This document shows, piece by piece, positions 1 through 12,528 of a stretch of DNA of 64,000 bases. The stretch spans positions 75,888,001 through 75,952,000 of the forward strand of contig OX597823.1 of assembly GCA_951406725.2 (NCBI GenBank), in the 5' to 3' direction. Within the stretch, counting starts at the first letter, position 1; each line of letters opens with the position of its first letter. The position numbers were made by a program, and so were the translations under genes. Under the pieces are notes generated by a model. That model had not been told where the DNA came from. It saw only the letters and a program-made list of their open reading frames with translations, and did not search any database. This DNA is from Octopus vulgaris (Eukaryota).

Positions 1-11
1 TCTCTATATAT

Positions 12-388
12 AGTTCTATATTTAAGAGATGGGGAATTATGTACACTATTTACATTATTTATATTTGACGGATAGTTGTCCTCATCTTGTTTGTTGTTAA
101 CACAACGTTTCGGCTGATACAACTTCCAGCCTTCATCAGGCATCTTGGGAAAATTTCGAACCAGGGTTCTCATTCCTAAGGTATTCTTCGATGTTATTAG
201 TATTATTATTATTATTATTATTATCATTATTATTATTATTATTGTTATTATTAGTATTATTGTTATTATTATTATTGTTATTATTATTATTATTACTATT
301 ATTATTATTCATGTCACTGTCACAGCTTGGAATCGAACACGGAGTCTAAGGGTTTGTAGCTTGCACTCTTAACAACTACCCCATACGC
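12..388 (-). mobile_element. tRNA-headed SINE-like element carrying a hammerhead ribozyme (family H, copy 1)
   Basis: Minus strand: tRNA-like head with A-box-like TGGGGTAGTTG and B-box GTTCGATTCC (~320-388), (AAT)n linker (~194-310), body with HHR (99-144), and tail. Alignable by eye with 18111-18392 and 18912-19062. Confidence 0.85.
99..144 (-). ncRNA. Minimal type-I hammerhead ribozyme motif, catalytic core intact
   Basis: Minus strand reads GATGC-CTGATGA-A-GGCTG-gaagttgtat-CAGCC-GAAAC-GT-T-GTGTT. This gives the CUGANGA core, a 5-bp stem II, GAAA, palindromic AACGTT stem III, a GUU triplet, and stem I GAUGC/GUGUU (three G-U pairs). Confidence 0.75.
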
Positions 389-649
389 ACACAGGCATAT
401 AAACAACTACAATAGAACTAAAGGTGTTAATTCGTATATATATGTATAATCATATAACTTATTTACGTATCTTCGTGCGTGTATTTGCGCATCTGTGCAT
501 TTATGTATACATTTATATATGTGCATGTGTATTGATACAAGCGTATATATATATATTATTACTCTGAGTCTTTTATTACCATACAATTCCACGCACACGC
601 ATATTTTTTATATTATTTATTTGATGCTTTTTATTTCTATTATATATAT

Positions 650-709
650 AAAATATATATATATATATACACACATATATATATACATACATATATATAT
701 GTATATATG

Positions 710-751
<42 letters not shown>

Positions 752-774
752 TATATGCGTGTGTATATGTATAT
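650..774. repeat. (TA)n/(TACA)n microsatellite
   Basis: Direct inspection. Confidence 0.95.
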
Positions 775-1020
775 GGTGGAGGCGCGTGACTTAGTGGTTA
801 GGGTGTCAGCGTCATGATCGTAAGATTGTTGTTTCGATTCCTGGACAGGGCGGAGCGTTGTGTTTTTGAGCATACAAAACACTCCATTTCAAGTTGCTCC
901 AGTTCACTCAGGTGGTAAAAATGAGTAACGCTGCGATGGACTGGCATCCCGTCCAGCTGTGGAACATATACGCCATAGAAACCGGGGAACCGGGTCCATT
1001 AGCCTGGCTAAGCTTTAAAA

Positions 1021-1022
<2 letters not shown>
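775..1022 (+). mobile_element. tRNA-derived SINE; central domain resembles MetaSINE/V-SINE-type core
   Basis: A-box-like TGACTTAGTGG and B-box TTTCGATTCC. The central CTGCGATGGACTGGCATCCCGTCCAG...GAAACCGG resembles conserved metazoan SINE cores as I recall them. Flanked by (TA)n. Confidence 0.65.
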
Positions 1023-1062
<40 letters not shown>

Positions 1063-2039
1063 TTATAAGTGATAGATAGATGGTTTTAATCATAAAGGTA
1101 ATGTCTTAGAGAATTTCATCTGGGAACGAAAATGTTGTCAAATGTCATGGAATATCCAGAAAATGCAACTCTTTCGCTTAAAGATTTTACGGCAGAATTG
1201 ATGTGACTTCGGTGAAGGCATTTTGATTCTCAAATAAGATAGAATCAAGCTGATGTGAAATACCCCTAAAACAGTACAAGTTCATGATTTCTTTAGTCAT
1301 AGATAAGAGTGTAATTCCTGTGGTCTATCGTTAAAATGTTTCAAGATCAACATTATAAGCTTGTTTAGACAATATATTTCTCTATGATCCAGAAACATTG
1401 TATGTAAAGAAATGTCACTATAACTCTAATGGTACTTTCCCCTAGTCTTGACGAGAGAAAGAGCACGTAATTTAGCGAAACATATGGATATATTTTAGCC
1501 ATCTCTTTGGCGGGTACGATTTGCCTATTACTCTTACCATCAACGGCGGAGATACTTGAAATGTTACAGAAGTTAAACACATCTGAACTGCATTTATGTT
1601 ATTAATGGAGGTACATATGATATAACTAAGAACCTTCTGAGTCTCGTGGCTGGGGAGAGGTTGATCATTACGTGTCAAGCTGAAATGCATCCAAGTTGCG
1701 ACAGTGAGAAGAAGAGTGAAGAGATGTGACCATTATGAAGGAAAATTTTCTGGTGTATTTTCTTTCAGATTTAACAACAATATTCAATCGATATTTGACA
1801 AAAGTAATACGAATATTGTTTATTGTTATGAAATAAAACAATAAGCTCATTATTAGCTACAATCTGCGAAAAGGCTATTTCCAATAAACATCGACCTTCG
1901 AAGGATGAAAAAGCAAAATGGAAGCCGATGGGATTTCTTTCGTTTTATCTCTATTGTGACAATAAGGGAATGTATAGAGGATTCGAAAGAATTTTATCTA
2001 ATTCTTTATCATTTCTAAAAACAAATACAACAGCAATCA

Positions 2040-2101
2040 TCACAATAATAAACATAACCACAACAACAACACTAATAATAATGACAATAATAATAATAAT
2101 G

Positions 2102-2139
<38 letters not shown>

Positions 2140-2158
2140 AATTTAAATAATAATAATG

Positions 2159-2193
<35 letters not shown>

Positions 2194-2308
2194 AATAGTA
2201 ATAATAATCATAATAAAAATAATCATAATAATCATAATAATAATAATGATAATAATCATAATAATCATAATAATAATAATAATAATCATAATAATCATAA
2301 TAATAATA

Positions 2309-2339
<31 letters not shown>

Positions 2340-2386
2340 CGATGATGATGATGACAATGATGATGATGGTGGTGGTGGTGATGATG

Positions 2387-2439
<53 letters not shown>

Positions 2440-2465
2440 AATAATGATAATAACGATAATACGAA
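2040..2465. repeat. Compound (AAC)/(AAT)n-(GAT)n trinucleotide microsatellite
   Basis: Direct inspection; source of the poly-I/poly-M ORFs. Confidence 0.95.
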
Positions 2466-2784
2466 CAGTACGAGATTCGTAATAGCTAAAAGGGCAAAAT
2501 AGAAAAAATATGCATTCTCAAATACTACCATTGATATTTTATTTTTTTAATGAAAATCTACAAAGAAATGTCTTTTCAAAAACGAATTATACTTTACACT
2601 CCTATCCTTATAACCCAGATGAATCCACTTGAGAAATTAAAAAAAAAAAAAATATCATCAAATGCGTCAGTTTCCCTTGCAAGATTTAATTTGCTAGAAA
2701 TAATCAGATATTTGGACCCTCAATAACGAAGTTGTGAGAGACAGATCCTCTGCCATAGAAGGACAAAGATATATGAACTCTGAT

Positions 2785-2788
2785 ATAA

Positions 2789-2846
<58 letters not shown>

Positions 2847-2984
2847 GTGTGTATATATGTGTGTATGTGTATATGTATGTATGTAACTATATATATATAT
2901 ATTAGTGTAAGTGTGTGTGTGTGTGTACACGTAAACATTACATACGTGCATACATACATACATACATACGTATACACACAGACA

Positions 2985-3029
<45 letters not shown>

Positions 3030-3052
3030 TTAGAGAGAGAGAGAGAGAGAGA
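2785..3052. repeat. Compound (TA)n/(TG)n/(TACA)n/(GA)n microsatellite
   Basis: Direct inspection. Confidence 0.95.
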
Positions 3053-3343
3053 GGAATAGTACATATACGCATATAATTATTTCGTTGTTACTACAAATTT
3101 CATTTTTTTTATTTCATTCCATTAAATGCTTATTTCTAAAGATTTTTTGAATTTTTAATCAATACAACACCGATATTTGCTGAGCATACATTTTTATATT
3201 CTTCTCGTTAAGTTCAATTTATGTTCAATAAGCTTGCTTTCTGTGTCTACGAACATTACTTTATGTGTGCATTAGCGCTTATGCAATTATGCTTGTGAGA
3301 GAATGCGTGTCTCACCCTGAGTGTGTGCGTTTGTGAGTATATA

Positions 3344-5198
3344 TCTATATATATAAAACTGAGAATGTGTGTCTGTCTGTCTGTCTGGCTGTGTGAATCG
3401 CTAAAACTTGAGAACTACACAACCAATTTCATTCAAATTTTACACATACCTTACTTAGGGTCCAGGGAGTGTCATGGGCAAAACAATGCTTAACTTTTTG
3501 CCTAAGGCGAACCCACAGCAATATCATATCTTCTCCAATATGAATCCCTAAAACTTGAGAACTACACAAGCAATTTCATTCATTTTACACATTTTACACA
3601 TGCCTTGTTTAGGGTCCATGTATTGTCATGAGCAAAAAATTTCTAACTTCTTGCCTAGGGCGACCCAACAGCAATATCATATCTTCTCCACTATTTCAGT
3701 ATTACGTGTTAAAAGTGAAACAAAAACATCTCTCTATTGTATGTATATGGATGTATATATTTCAGATGGCTTAAGGGGGACACAACCCCCCCCCCATGAA
3801 AATTCATAAATTTTCGATGTTAATGAAATTTCAACCATAGGTAATTGACACACATCAAGAAGTATTCTCAAAGTTTCCACTTCACATGAGGATTTTAAGA
3901 CACCCTAATGGGGGCCTTCACTCCCAAATTTTAGTCATTTCTTTTATGATGCAAAATTAATTTGAAAGTACTGAATGGATCTTTACGGAATTTGGAAGTT
4001 ATATTCTCTGCATAAGGGCCACAACCCCCATGACAATTCATTTACTTTTGTTGTTGAGGAAATTTTAACCATAGATATTAGACACAGATGAAGTAATATT
4101 TATAAAATTTCATCTTCTTACAATTAGAAAGACCCCTTCATGGGGACTTAGCACCCACAATTTTGTCATTTTATCTTAGCAAAGACGAATAGTTGTACTC
4201 TTGGAAGCTGTGGGGTCATCCGAGCATAGACGATGAGCATTATTTGTAATTCAATGGCACAACAGTGTAAGAGTTTTATTTGGCATACAATTAGATTGTG
4301 ATTTCGGCAATGTGCTGCATAAATTGTCAAGTAAATGAGAGGCATATTTGCCTCCACTGATTCAGCTGCAAAGTGTTGAGTAAAGTTATTTGATTGCAGA
4401 TCTCCTTTCAGTCTTTTTTTATTATCACTGGGTCACACATAGTCCCCACATGGTAACATTGATTTCAAGGCCTTCCCAGATGAGTGACGGGTTATTCAAA
4501 GACATTTATAGATTTTAAATTTATTCTCTCCAGTTACATAGCAGTATAGTGGTCATTTGCAAACTCCAACTTTCATTTCTCCATAGCCCTCACGTCACAC
4601 AGTTGTTAATGTTTGTTTCAGTTGGGTCATGCCCTTCCAATTGCTATAGATTCGAATGCATCTTACAGCTGTGCCTGTCACCTGGATGGTGAGGAATCCT
4701 ACATTGGGAGTGGTAACGACTAGGGTAGGGTAACAGACTGCTTATTGTGATCATTCGTCTTTTGGTTTCCTGCAGCTTTGCTCTCTCTTACAAACCCAGT
4801 GAACATATATTTCCCCATTTCAAAGAAATCAGACAATAGATATAAGACTCAAGTTAAAAATATTCTCAACAATCCAACTTCTCTGGTTGACATTAAGATG
4901 CCCACCTCCAACAGCTCACATTTTAGAGCTCCATGACCTTCATTTTTCAGGAGCAAAATCTTTTTAACAGGTTCAATAAGACTGGATTTTTGGAATATGC
5001 GCATAAAAATCAGTAGTATGGGGTACATGTGGCACGATTACAATTTTTTTAGGGTGTGTAAAGAGGGAAATAACCCTCATCTGTAATTTTGATGAAATTC
5101 GAAACATATATATATTCCAGTTCATTAGAGAAAATATAACAGAAATGTCTAATTCTTCAATTGTATGTAACACGGACAACGCCGGGTATCTCTGCTTG
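3344..5198 (+). mobile_element. Non-autonomous Helitron-like element
   Basis: 5' A|TCTATATATATAAAACT followed by (GTCT)n. 3' GC-rich hairpin remnant CACGGACAACGCCGGG about 9 nt before CTTG|T (degenerate CTAG|T). Termini match the pattern at 59301-59826. Internal 147-bp tandem duplication at 3394-3691. Confidence 0.65.
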
Positions 5199-5467
5199 TT
5201 TCCTATATATATATTTTTTTAATTTATTATGATCTTTTGCTGGATTTTCCAGGACACAGCACATGTACATATATTGTTACAAGAAGCTGTCCGTTTAATT
5301 ATTTCAACTTAAAAGAATTCTTAAGCTTCACTTGCCCACTGGCTTTTGGCTTTGAAGCTAAAATGGAATTACAGATTAGAATGAAGTCTTAAAACCATAA
5401 AGATGAAATCGTCTTGAGAAACATGGCTGCAACTTTTGTATGAACGAATAGAGACAGAGGCAGATTC

Positions 5468-5490
5468 AACACACACACACATACACACAC

Positions 5491-5542
<52 letters not shown>

Positions 5543-5595
5543 GTATGTATATATGTACGTATATATATGTATAGATATGTGTATACATATGTATG

Positions 5596-5637
<42 letters not shown>

Positions 5638-5693
5638 CATACGTACATATGTATATCTATTTATATATATATATACATGTATATATACATGTA

Positions 5694-5762
<69 letters not shown>
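5468..5762. repeat. (CA)n/(TA)n/(TATG)n microsatellite
   Basis: Direct inspection. Confidence 0.95.
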
Positions 5763-5765
<3 letters not shown>

Positions 5766-6486
5766 GACATGAAGAGAGAAAGAGAGAATACATGAATACA
5801 GACAAAGAGAAAATGCAACAGAGGGCGAGAGAGGGAGAATGTGAGGAATATAAATAATATATACTAAATATGCTTATTTCTATCTGTATTTGTGTACTTA
5901 TGCATTCTAGAGTGCTATTCGCTTTCTCTCAGTCTACCCCAACATAAACTTTCTCTCACTCCTCTCTTCCGCTTCTTCCTCACTAACTGTATGGATTTGC
6001 ACACATTATTCAAGTGCGCGCGCACACACATACATGCATATATCTAAAGGGAGAGAGCTATGGAGAGAGAAAAAGCAAGAGACATTGAGAGAGATTGACA
6101 AAATTGTACATTAATGACCTCCCTCTTGGCACTCGAAACTGCACATTCATAAGCAATTGATATTATTTCCCCTGTAATAACTGCCCAAAAGCACGTATCT
6201 GATGTAAAATAGACAGATTTCTATACATATATATTCTTTTTGAAGGAGTAATATGCTAGAATGTATTTTCCATCATAAACTAGATTCTATTACCCCATTT
6301 TACTACCAGCAAAAACTCATAGCGTTATCTTCTAAACACGTTTAGATTCATAAAAATGTACTTTCAAGTGGGGAAAGAAAATAGCACTGGAGTGCACTTT
6401 GACATGCGTAGCCTTTGTTTTAGTGTTGTTGGTGGAATCTAGGTACCGTATCTTCGCCCGATGTTGTTTTAGACATCTTTATTATC

Positions 6487-7007
6487 GGAGGCGAGCTGGC
6501 AGAAACGTTAGCACGCTGGGCGAAATGCTTAGCTGTATTTCGCCTGTCGCTACATTCTGAGTTCAAATTCCGCCGAGGTCGATTTTGCCTTTCATCTTTT
6601 CGGGGTCGACTAAATAAGTACCAGTTACGCACTTGGGTCGATATAATCGACTTAATCTGTTTGTCTGTCCTTGTTTGTCCTCTCTGTGTTTAGCCCCTTG
6701 TTGTTAGTAAAGAAATAGGTATTTCGCCTGCCGCTACGTTCTGAGTTCAAATTCCGCCGAGATCGACTTTGCCTTTCATCCTTTCGGGGTCGATAAATTA
6801 AGTACCAGTTATGCACTTGGGTCGATATAATCGACTTAATCCGTTTCTTTGTCCCTGTTTGTCCTCTCCGTGCTTAGCCCCTTGTGGGTAGTAAAGAAAT
6901 AGAAATAGGTATTTCGTCTGCCATTACGTTCTGATTTCAAATTCCGTCGTGGTTGTCTTTGCCTTTTATCCTTTCGGGGTCGATTAAGTAAATCCCAGTT
7001 ACGCACT

Positions 7008-7009
<2 letters not shown>
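6487..7009 (+). mobile_element. SINE family A multimer (head plus ~2.5 units of ~184-190 bp)
   Basis: Head GGCGAGCTGGCAGAAACGTTAGC, B-box-like GAGTTCAAATTCC. Units restart near 6534, 6718 and 6908. Confidence 0.9.
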
Positions 7010-7050
<41 letters not shown>

Positions 7051-7070
7051 TTGTGTGTGTGTGTGACCAT

Positions 7071-7265
7071 GTGTGCATCGTTGGCAATTTTTTTTTCTCC
7101 GTCTTCCCTTCCTTGGATCATTCCTTTTCCTATGATTCTTCCGAAGAGCTCCGCTCGAAACGTTAAATCATCCTTCTTTCTTTCCTTTCCTGAGCGTCCA
7201 ATAATACTATACTTGTTCCACGTCCTCGCGTTGTGTTTTCTCTTCATGATTTCCTGTTTGGATTA

Positions 7266-7270
<5 letters not shown>
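7071..7270 (+). mobile_element. Short microsatellite-embedded repeat with a degenerate hammerhead-like motif
   Basis: Its 3' half (7172-7270) recurs inverted at ~62805-62905. Contains GAAGAGC-TCC-GCTC-GAAACGTT. Confidence 0.6.
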
Positions 7271-7304
<34 letters not shown>

Positions 7305-7307
<3 letters not shown>

Positions 7308-7447
7308 ACGGGACACTTTCAGTTTCCGTCGCAAGGCTTCGTTGGGTGCGAATCTATAGTAGAAGAAAATTGCCCAAGGTAACATGCAGTGGGACTGAAC
7401 CCAGAACCATGTGGTTGAGAAGGAGGCTTCTTACCATACTGCCACTT
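7305..7447 (-). mobile_element. SINE family B, 5' fragment
   Basis: Matches the head region of 23341-23826 (plus strand TGCCCAAGG...GGGACTGAACCC...CCATGTGGTT). Confidence 0.8.
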
Positions 7448-8124
7448 CAAATATGTGCATGTGTATGTCAATGTGTGTGTGTGTTTTTTTTATGAGTACA
7501 TTATGCGATTTTAAGGAATCTATTGAAACATACGCACTTGTGTATTGCGTGTAAGTCTGTAAAATATTTAGCGACATGAATTGCTAGTAGTTTGGGAAAA
7601 AATATTTAGGGCCTTTTAAAAACGTTTTGGTAAAAGTCTGCCAAATAATCAAAATCTATACGGCAATATTCTTTCAATCATTTATATCAATAGAAATAGA
7701 CGCTTGTGTCCGTAGGACATTGCTGGTATGCTATGCAAGAACTTGTTAATGATGTACACTTATGGACGCTTCGACTTAGAATTAGTTAGGTCGGACATTT
7801 AGCAAAATGCCTATGACGACCAGCTTTATTCATATGCAACCCTAACCCTAGACCTAATGAAATACGTAGTCGCTTTGCAGCATCTTGATGGGCGTGACTG
7901 ATGCAGGCAAGTCCCAGCTGACTCGGTCAAAATATGAAGAGAAATGTAAGTGTATTTGAAAACAGAACAGCAGAGTAAAATGGATATTAAAATGTGTATG
8001 TGATGTACGTTTGTTACCTTTTCATATATGGAATGCTATCTTTCCTTTAGAATGCTGTTTCTCTCTCTCTCTCTCCCCTGCACTTTCTTCCCTGTAGGTA
8101 CGCACAAACACTTGCACATGCGTG

Positions 8125-8206
8125 TACACACACACACACATGCACATATGCATACGTCGTTCGCACTCTCTCTCTCTCTCTCTCTGTATGCATTTATATG
8201 TATATA

Positions 8207-8244
<38 letters not shown>

Positions 8245-8303
8245 TATATCACATATATATACATACATATACATAGCTGCATAGATAAATACACATACAC
8301 ACG

Positions 8304-8356
<53 letters not shown>

Positions 8357-8398
8357 ATATACACATAAATATATAGAGATACGTATAGATACGATATA

Positions 8399-8432
<34 letters not shown>

Positions 8433-8505
8433 CACGTATACTCGTATACTCACATACACACACAGAAGCACGTACACACATACACATACAAACATATATA
8501 TATGT
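8125..8505. repeat. Compound (CA)n/(CT)n/(TA)n microsatellite
   Basis: Direct inspection. Confidence 0.9.
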
Positions 8506-10037
8506 ATATAAGTAGCAGAGAAATGAAATTAAAAACGTAATTTCATAAATCATTGCCGAAATGTCTTTCTTTAAAATATATAATTTCAAATGTCAAATCA
8601 CTTGCTTTTTCAATCTGTAAAACGGATGTGGTTATCGTCTTTATTTCTCCTCTGCTTTCTTAGAGAGATTACTTGTTGGTTTCAATAGCCATAAAAATGT
8701 TAATGTAAACAATTATTTTTCATTCTACTCCATTATTTTTTTCTAAAGTAATTAAATAGTACACTGTCTGTAATTTAGAGTCCATTTTTCACGCGTTTCG
8801 AATTAAACATATGTTGTCATTCACTGTTTATAACATAATATACAATGTAAAGCAAATATATGTAATACAGATGTATTTTCTTTTAAACTGGTTCCATACT
8901 CGGTAATTATGTTTTCAACCATGGAGTGATACACAACAATTTCGTGTCATAGGATTGACCTTCGATTGTTTACAGTGGCCGTTAATGGATACCCACTATG
9001 ACACCTAACAACACTATATTCAGACTAGCCTTAAAAGACTACTGTAACCATTGGATCCTGACAAGTACGACATTTATTAATATAGATACAAGAAGTTTCG
9101 GAGTAGATTAATTTATTAATATTACATACTATGTTGAGAAGTATGGTAAAGATTTATTGCTTTCCTCTGGGGAATAATTTAGAGCTTAAAGCGCATATAC
9201 ATAATTGCGTATACGGTAATTGTATTTGACTCTACATTTTTAAAATGCCGTGTAATATAGCAAAATATTGAGAATGAGAATCGTAAATATAGTTTATCTT
9301 ACCTATCCCTGTTGTAGTTGAGTGTGTGAGTGTGTGTGTCTGTGAAGCGGGTGTCTGTGAAGCGGGTGTCTGTGAATACGTGTGTGTGTGCATCTGTAAA
9401 TACGAGTGTGTGAATACGTGTGTGTCTACGTTTATACTCTGATTATGGTCGAATGTTCAATCAGAAATTATGTTGTGATCAGTCGATGTATTAAATTTTT
9501 AAACTGCACTTAACTGTAATACGCAGTCACTAGTGTGGTTATCAACAATGAGAAAATATATTAAATTGAAACTGTATACGTCCGTGTTGTTGCTTGAACA
9601 GCATCTTCATGACATGCTTCTTGCAGCATCCACGTTTCATGTGCATCTCTTCTATAATATAATGGTTTATTGTTCTTCTGAGTGTTGTTTGCAGCACCAC
9701 ATGAACTCAGACATATCTCATATAACCTTGCTCTTTTGATTTTATTTATGATATCAAAAAACTGTATTATCGAATATAGCATACCATTTGCAAGGTAGTA
9801 GCTCATGCATCAAGGGAGATTTCACTGTTTTTTCTAGCATGACGAGCAACCTTTTAGATTTTACTTGATTTGGTGTTTCTTTACTTCTTTATATTTTTAG
9901 TTTCCTTTAGCGAAGCCCAACATATGTTGGAGATACGTTTTAGAAAAGAAAAGAAGCCGTTTTCGATGAAACGATATATTTAGAAAAATTACCTAAGGCT
10001 AAGAAGTCTAATACCACTTGATATGTAACAAATTAAC

Positions 10038-10665
10038 GCAGCGAGCTGGCAGAAACGTTAGCACGCCGGGCGAAATGCGCAGCGGTATTTCGTCTGCCGT
10101 TACGTTCTGAGTTCAAATTCCGCCGAGGTCGACTTTGCCTTTCATCCTTTCGGGGTCGATTAAATATGTGTCTATTTCTTTACTACCCACAAGGGGCTAA
10201 ACACAAAGAGGACAAACAAGGACAGACAAACGGATTAAGTCGATTATATCAACCTAGTGCGTAACTGGTACTTAATTTATCGACCCCGAAAGGACGAAAG
10301 GCAAAGTCGACCTCGGCGGAATTTGAACTTAGAGCGTAACGGTAGAAGCAATACCGCAAGGCATTTTGCCCGGCGTGCTAACGTTTCTGCCAACTCAACG
10401 CCTTAAATAATTACCAGTTACGCACTGGGGTCGATATAATTGACTTAATCCATTTGTCTGTCCTTGTTTAGCCCCTTGAGAGTAGTAAAAAACAGGTACT
10501 TGGTCTGTCTGTAAGTTCTGAATTCAAATTTCTCCGAGGTTGACTTCGCTTATCCTCCTTTCGATGTTGACAAAATAAATACAAGTTGGTGACATGGGAT
10601 TGATGTAATCGACTTACTCCTTCTCTCAAAATTGCTGGCATTGTGCCAAAATTCGAAACTGATAT
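10038..10665 (+). mobile_element. SINE family A dimer interrupted by an inverted family A copy
   Basis: Head at 10038. The body is split at 10166/10403 and resumes ...TACCAGTTACGCACTGGGG; a second unit ends in the alternative tail. Confidence 0.85.
10167..10402 (-). mobile_element. SINE family A monomer nested in another copy, with TSD TTAAATA
   Basis: Full reverse-complement monomer; TTAAATA at 10160-10166 and 10403-10409. Confidence 0.85.
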
Positions 10666-11111
10666 TATGCAGCAACTTTCATTTGGCAAGAAAGAAATTC
10701 CTTCAATATATATTTCTAGCAATTAATGCAACATACAGACCTTACAGCTATTATGTCGACAAACTTACTTAGAATTGAAATTCAAATTACCTTCGCACAA
10801 TCCGACTGTTATCATAAGCAAATTAAGGCAACATATCATATGTATATTGATCTAATACAATTATACATTTATATTATTATCAATCAATACTGCTGCTACA
10901 TCTTATTAAATGTGTAATTAGAGATGAAATTCAACCACAAACAGGGATATTAAATAATTACATAACATTCAGTTAATGGAACTATATTGTTTGGATGGTT
11001 TGTTACAAGTGTACTAGATTTTATAACATAGGACTTTACAGGGTTATATAATTTACAGTAGTAAAGAGAACAGGATTTTAATCGGAATTAGTTTTCTTAT
11101 AAAGTTTTCCT

Positions 11112-11792
11112 AAGGCGGCGAGCTTGCAGAATCGTTAGCATGCTGGACGGAGTGTTTAGCGGTGTTTTGTCTGCCGCTACGTTCTGAGTTCAAATTCCGC
11201 CGAGGTCGACTTTACTTTTCATCCTTTCGGGGTCGATTAAATAAATACCAATTACGCACTGGGATCGATATAATCGACTTAATCCGTTTGTATGTCTTTG
11301 TTTGACCTCTCTGTGTTTAGCCCCTTGTGGGTATTAAAGAAATAGGTATTTCGTCTGCCTCTACATTCTGAGTTCAAATTCCGCCGGGGTCGACTTTGCC
11401 CTTCATCCTTTCGGGGTCGATTAAGTAAGTACCAGTTACGCACTTGGGTCGATATAATCGACTTAATCTGTTTGTCTATCCTTGTTTGTTCTCTCTGTGT
11501 TTAGCCCCTTGTGGGTAGTAAACAAATAGGTATTTCGCCCGTCGATGTAATCGACTTAATCCCTTTGTCTGTCCTTGTTTGTTCTTTCTGTGTTTAGCCC
11601 CTTGTGGGTAGTAAAGAAATAGGTATTTCGCCCGTCGCTACGTTCTCAGTTCAAATTCTGCCGAGGTCGACTTTACCTTTTAACCTTTCGGGTCGATAAA
11701 TTAAGTACCAGTTGAGTACCTGGGTCGATGTAATCGACTTAACCCCTACCCCACAAATTTCTAGTATTGTGTCTATAATAGAAATGATTATG
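11112..11792 (+). mobile_element. SINE family A tetramer with TSD
   Basis: Units start at 11161, 11345, 11529 (internally deleted) and ~11622. AAGTTTTCCT flanks the array at 11102-11111 and 11793-11802. Confidence 0.9.
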
Positions 11793-12484
11793 AAGTTTTC
11801 CTTATTGTAAACGTAAGACAGCGATATGACAGGATGGTTACATAGTCGAAACAGATGTTATGCGACACCAGTTCCGGCACTTTACATTCTTAATCCAAAG
11901 CCTATAGAAGTTTTCATGTTCTCCATAATTTACACTATTTATTAACTATTACGGACGATAGTATTGATTCACCTGCGGCCTTCAAGATTGGTGTGACTAA
12001 ATTAGAAACCATTATTATTGAAATTTGGCTTATTCTCAGGCTTTAAGGAAATCTTACTGGGCAGTTGAGAAGCTAGATTCTCTTAAAAACAAAGCAATTT
12101 TTATCCTTTGTCCACAGAGGCGTAAGGCGTTTCTGCTGTATACAAACTATTGTATTATGATTCAAGTGAATGTTGTAATTTATTATTGATTGAAAACCGG
12201 ACTGAACTACTTTAGTTGTGAGATTTCAGAATGCTAGCTGATTGAGTGTGGTAAATAGATGACGTATTGTGCAGGAAGAGGCACACTAATCTAAGACGGA
12301 ATATCATGAGATTAGAGAATTTAGAATATGGACTGAACAAGACATTAGATTTACTGTTTGAGCAATCACTGATCTCAGATTTCTCGAAATATTACCGTTT
12401 AAAATTATTATCCACACCAGTAAGCACAAATGGAATAGACGTTAGAAAACTCGATGGGGAGTGTTTAATATCCAGAGTCATGCT

Positions 12485-12528
<44 letters not shown>

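Noticed and set aside
9336-9385. 15-bp tandem repeat GTGTCTGTGAAGCGG x~2.7
   Set aside because: Ordinary slippage product within a (TG)n-rich tract.
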